Assembly: GCA_965645245.1 (NCBI GenBank) | Contig: OZ287071.1 | Location: forward strand, 2,108,001 to 2,172,000 | Reading direction: 5' to 3' | Origin: Massalongia carnosa | Taxonomy: Eukaryota | Length of the DNA: 64,000 nucleotides | Part shown: in pieces, positions 61,320 through 64,000 of the stretch | How positions within the stretch are numbered: the stretch's first letter is position 1 | Layout: each line of letters opens with the position of its first letter | Notes under the pieces: model-generated | The model's input: only the letters and a program-made list of their open reading frames with translations | Told to the model about the DNA's origin: nothing | Databases searched by the model: none | Position numbers and translations under genes: made by a program

Positions 61320-62600
61320 CAATCAACCTTCAAGAAATGACGAAAAAACAGCAGTTGTCGAGGGATTATTTCCCAAAGTTTTCTTGCAAGCGTTCCTAGG
61401 AGTCAATGATTGCATATTTATGCAGTGATTGGTCCGCCAGAAGCATTTGCTGATCAGTAATCTCCATGTAAGACAATTTTAGTGGATGGAATGAAGTAGA
61501 TATGCGGGATAATATCTAGAGCGTTGCTTAAAAACTAGGACTGATATCTTTAATAATATTCTGTTTCGAAGAAAACCTTCATACATAATCTAAGCGTTCT
61601 CGCGGCGCGACCTTTTTTTTTGGTGTCAAGCATCGTTTTCACCAACATTATATCGTACGCTCAAGAGGACGCATATTTTTAAACTTCGGCCTTAACTTCA
61701 GCGGCCCAGTTGAGCAACAGATGAATATCAAAATGCTAATAGTGAAGAGACAAAGAGCGGCGTTTGCCAATATGTTTTATCCCAAATCCGGCTTGTTATG
61801 CTGCTAGCATGATCTTTTGAGACTTCTCTTATCTGTTCTAACTTCAAAAAGACTTTCCCAAGCTTAGCGCTGTGCTCAATGCATTGGCTCGTTCTAATCG
61901 ACGTGATCAACCTTCCTTTTCTCGTATTCTCGTAATCTTCGGGTGATCTCAACCCTTGCGTTGTATGTACGACTCTTTGATAGTTATTGACCTTTCAAAC
62001 CTCTTCGATTTTAGCCGTCCAACACTTTTGTGTATCTTACTCATCGCAAGCCGTTCTCGTAACAAGATTGTCTCAATGGCGACAATCTCTTCCCTTCTCA
62101 CTGCAGTTAGACGGATATTGCCTGTATCTGCGACGATAAGGATTTTATATTCAACTTGAGCTGCTGCGTCGCCTTCAAGTGTCGCAATCTGAAATCCCCG
62201 GTGCGTTACTATTGCTACTGCTAGAATGCAATATTCACTTTCAATGAATGCCTGATTATTTCTATCTTGAGTCACAACTCGGACGTGTCACTTTCTGAAA
62301 TACGCTAAGGACTTTTTGATTGTTAACATTTTTTGGGGGGGCTTGTAGGCGCCATAGGTTTTGCTTCGAAGCTCTGTGCTAGGTGACTTTCATTTACATA
62401 TCACATCAGTAATCCGCGTCTTGAATGTCTTGCACTTTCTCATCACATAGTGCAAACGTCGCTGTTCTCATCATCATTCCCATCACGTGCACTACCTTCA
62501 AGCTCAAGAATCTATTTCTACTCTTATTTTTTTTTGAAAAAAATGGCTTTCTTATGGATGAAGAGATTTGCTTGGCTTTCGAGTTCTACGGAGTCTTTGA
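61320..62600 (-). pseudogene. Decayed TPR-repeat-like gene (tentative)
   Basis: Fragments ESYIQRKG*DHPKIT and CKKTLGNNPSTTAV resemble the LG-x-DHP-x-T TPR motif of fungal NLR-type proteins. Many stops. Confidence 0.3.
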
Positions 62601-62628
62601 CTTTGGTCAAATCATGGTCATGGGCGGC

Positions 62629-64000
62629 CTATGAAATGGCTATCCTGCATGGATAATGATCGGCAGGATGCGCCGAGGCTTCTCCGACTTGATATGCTCT
62701 TTCACTTCGATAGGTCTGCACGCCCTGATGAGGATATAGTCGATCTTATTCATTATATGCCGGCTTGAAATCGAATTCTCTTGCTATCATAGTCAGTGTG
62801 ATGAGTATTTCAAGCATAGTCAAGTCTTGTTCGACACGATTGCGCGGTCTTCACTCGAAAGCCCATCATGCTTCTTTCCGCGTGTACAGTTTTTGCCCCG
62901 GCTTCATCAGTCAGCAGAAAGCATCCGAATTTAATCAGTATTCCGGCGCACGGTGCGTGTTGGTGTGCAAGATTCAGAAAATAGTGTTATTTGTTAAATA
63001 ACGAGCATCTTCGTCGCCAACAAGGTCAGTTTTAGGGATCTCTTGGCGGATGCCCGAACCTGGTGGGAACAGGCGGAGTGTCTCCTTGATGACAGCGGTT
63101 GCATAAGACAAGGAGCGGATTAAAAAGAGGTTCGTTCTCAAAACGGAAGGGAGAACTGCGATGATCGTTCCGAAAACTGCATCATGTCCTGCTCGAAGTC
63201 AAGACATGATATCTAGGTTGAAAGACAAAAGATGAATGGCGTAGCAAATGATATTATTCATAGAATCATGGATTGCGAAAGTGCGGAAATGCAGCTTCAA
63301 ATGTTAACTTCTCCCGCTCTCTGTACTTCCTCGCTGAGAGTCGGTTATATGTTGGAAGGATCAAGTCGATTACTGATTGAGACGTCGAGTTGATCTTGCC
63401 CTGTCGATATTCTTGATATCTTTTATCAAGCTCAGCGTCAATGTACTTGTTTATTTTCTGTCATTTCATTATTGTACCACCAAACGAGGCAGATTGAGCA
63501 ATTCCAGTGAATTAACTTTACGATTTCGCATCTATCAACTGATCTCATGTAGCACATTATTATCAGCAAGCGTATTGTAGCCAGTCTGGGCTTCGAGACA
63601 AGCACTCCAAGCAACACTTTAGCAAGTATATGGCGTAAGGGATTCATTCTATGCGGTAATCGATAGAATTATTTGGCCAATGAAATGCATTATGTAGCGA
63701 AGAGTGATCGGATCAAGTTGGAAAAGATCGCCGCCAAGAGCGAAATTTTTGAGAGTATCTCGATACTTAGTAGCTTCTTCCACCATTCCAGGGACAAGCG
63801 AAGACAAATGATTTGCACTAAAGCCTTCGTTGAATACTGCATGCCACGGCTTCCGTTCCTTTTCAGGCAGATTGGGACCACCAGCTAGAGGCTCAAAGAA
63901 TTGATCCAGCATAGGAGGCCTTTAGCAGGCAATGTGCGAGCTGTTTGAGTCGCTTGTGTCGCTTGTGTGGGTAACATTATCATTAGATATGGCCAGCTGA
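62629..64000 (-). pseudogene. Cytochrome P450 pseudogene; 5' part lies beyond the window
   Basis: K-helix YATAVIKETLRLFPP, a degenerate heme motif A*WAFE*RPRNRVEQ (Cys lost) and C-terminus ERAYQ...AHPADHYPCRI. Multiple stops. Confidence 0.85.

Noticed and set aside
18031..63120. UGA reassigned to Trp in the nuclear code
   Set aside because: Conserved genes (helicase, HNT3, POT1, importin-alpha, Scc3) end at TGA and use TGG for Trp. Element C and the P450 also carry other lesions.
59400..64000. Secondary-metabolite gene cluster around the P450
   Set aside because: The P450 is a pseudogene and no backbone synthase or tailoring genes are in the window.

Overview
Eukaryotic DNA from a filamentous ascomycete (Pezizomycotina-type GT-AG introns with CTAAC/CTGAC branch points; the exact taxon cannot be read from the sequence). 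Conserved intron-containing housekeeping genes are a TFIIIC B-block-binding subunit (Tfc3/Sfc3-like), an AIM6-like phosphodiesterase, a UPF0653-like protein, a DHX57/Ucp12-like helicase, a CCCH zinc-finger protein, TRAP-alpha/IRC22, aprataxin HNT3, POT1, importin-alpha and cohesin Scc3. They alternate with three accessory zones. Zone 1 (~6.9-26.4 kb) is a transposon nest: a Ty1/copia element whose 5' LTR is split by two abutting Tigger/pogo elements, then a decayed third pogo element carrying an intact Fot1-like element. Zone 2 (~33.7-41 kb) holds a foldback MITE, a piggyBac-like element, gene relics and an HNH-nuclease gene with a premature stop. Zone 3 (~59.4-64 kb) holds a small secreted protein, a TPR relic and a P450 pseudogene. 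Most notable: (1) a solitary Pol III B-box ~70 bp upstream of the TFIIIC B-block-binding subunit gene, a candidate autoregulatory site; (2) a UGA plus predicted pseudoknot gag-pol readthrough signal in the copia element; (3) a recurring TGG->TGA / CpC->TpC mutation signature unlike classical CpA RIP; (4) Tc1-like and piggyBac-like elements with non-canonical ends or target sites. Family assignments come from motif recognition, not database searches.
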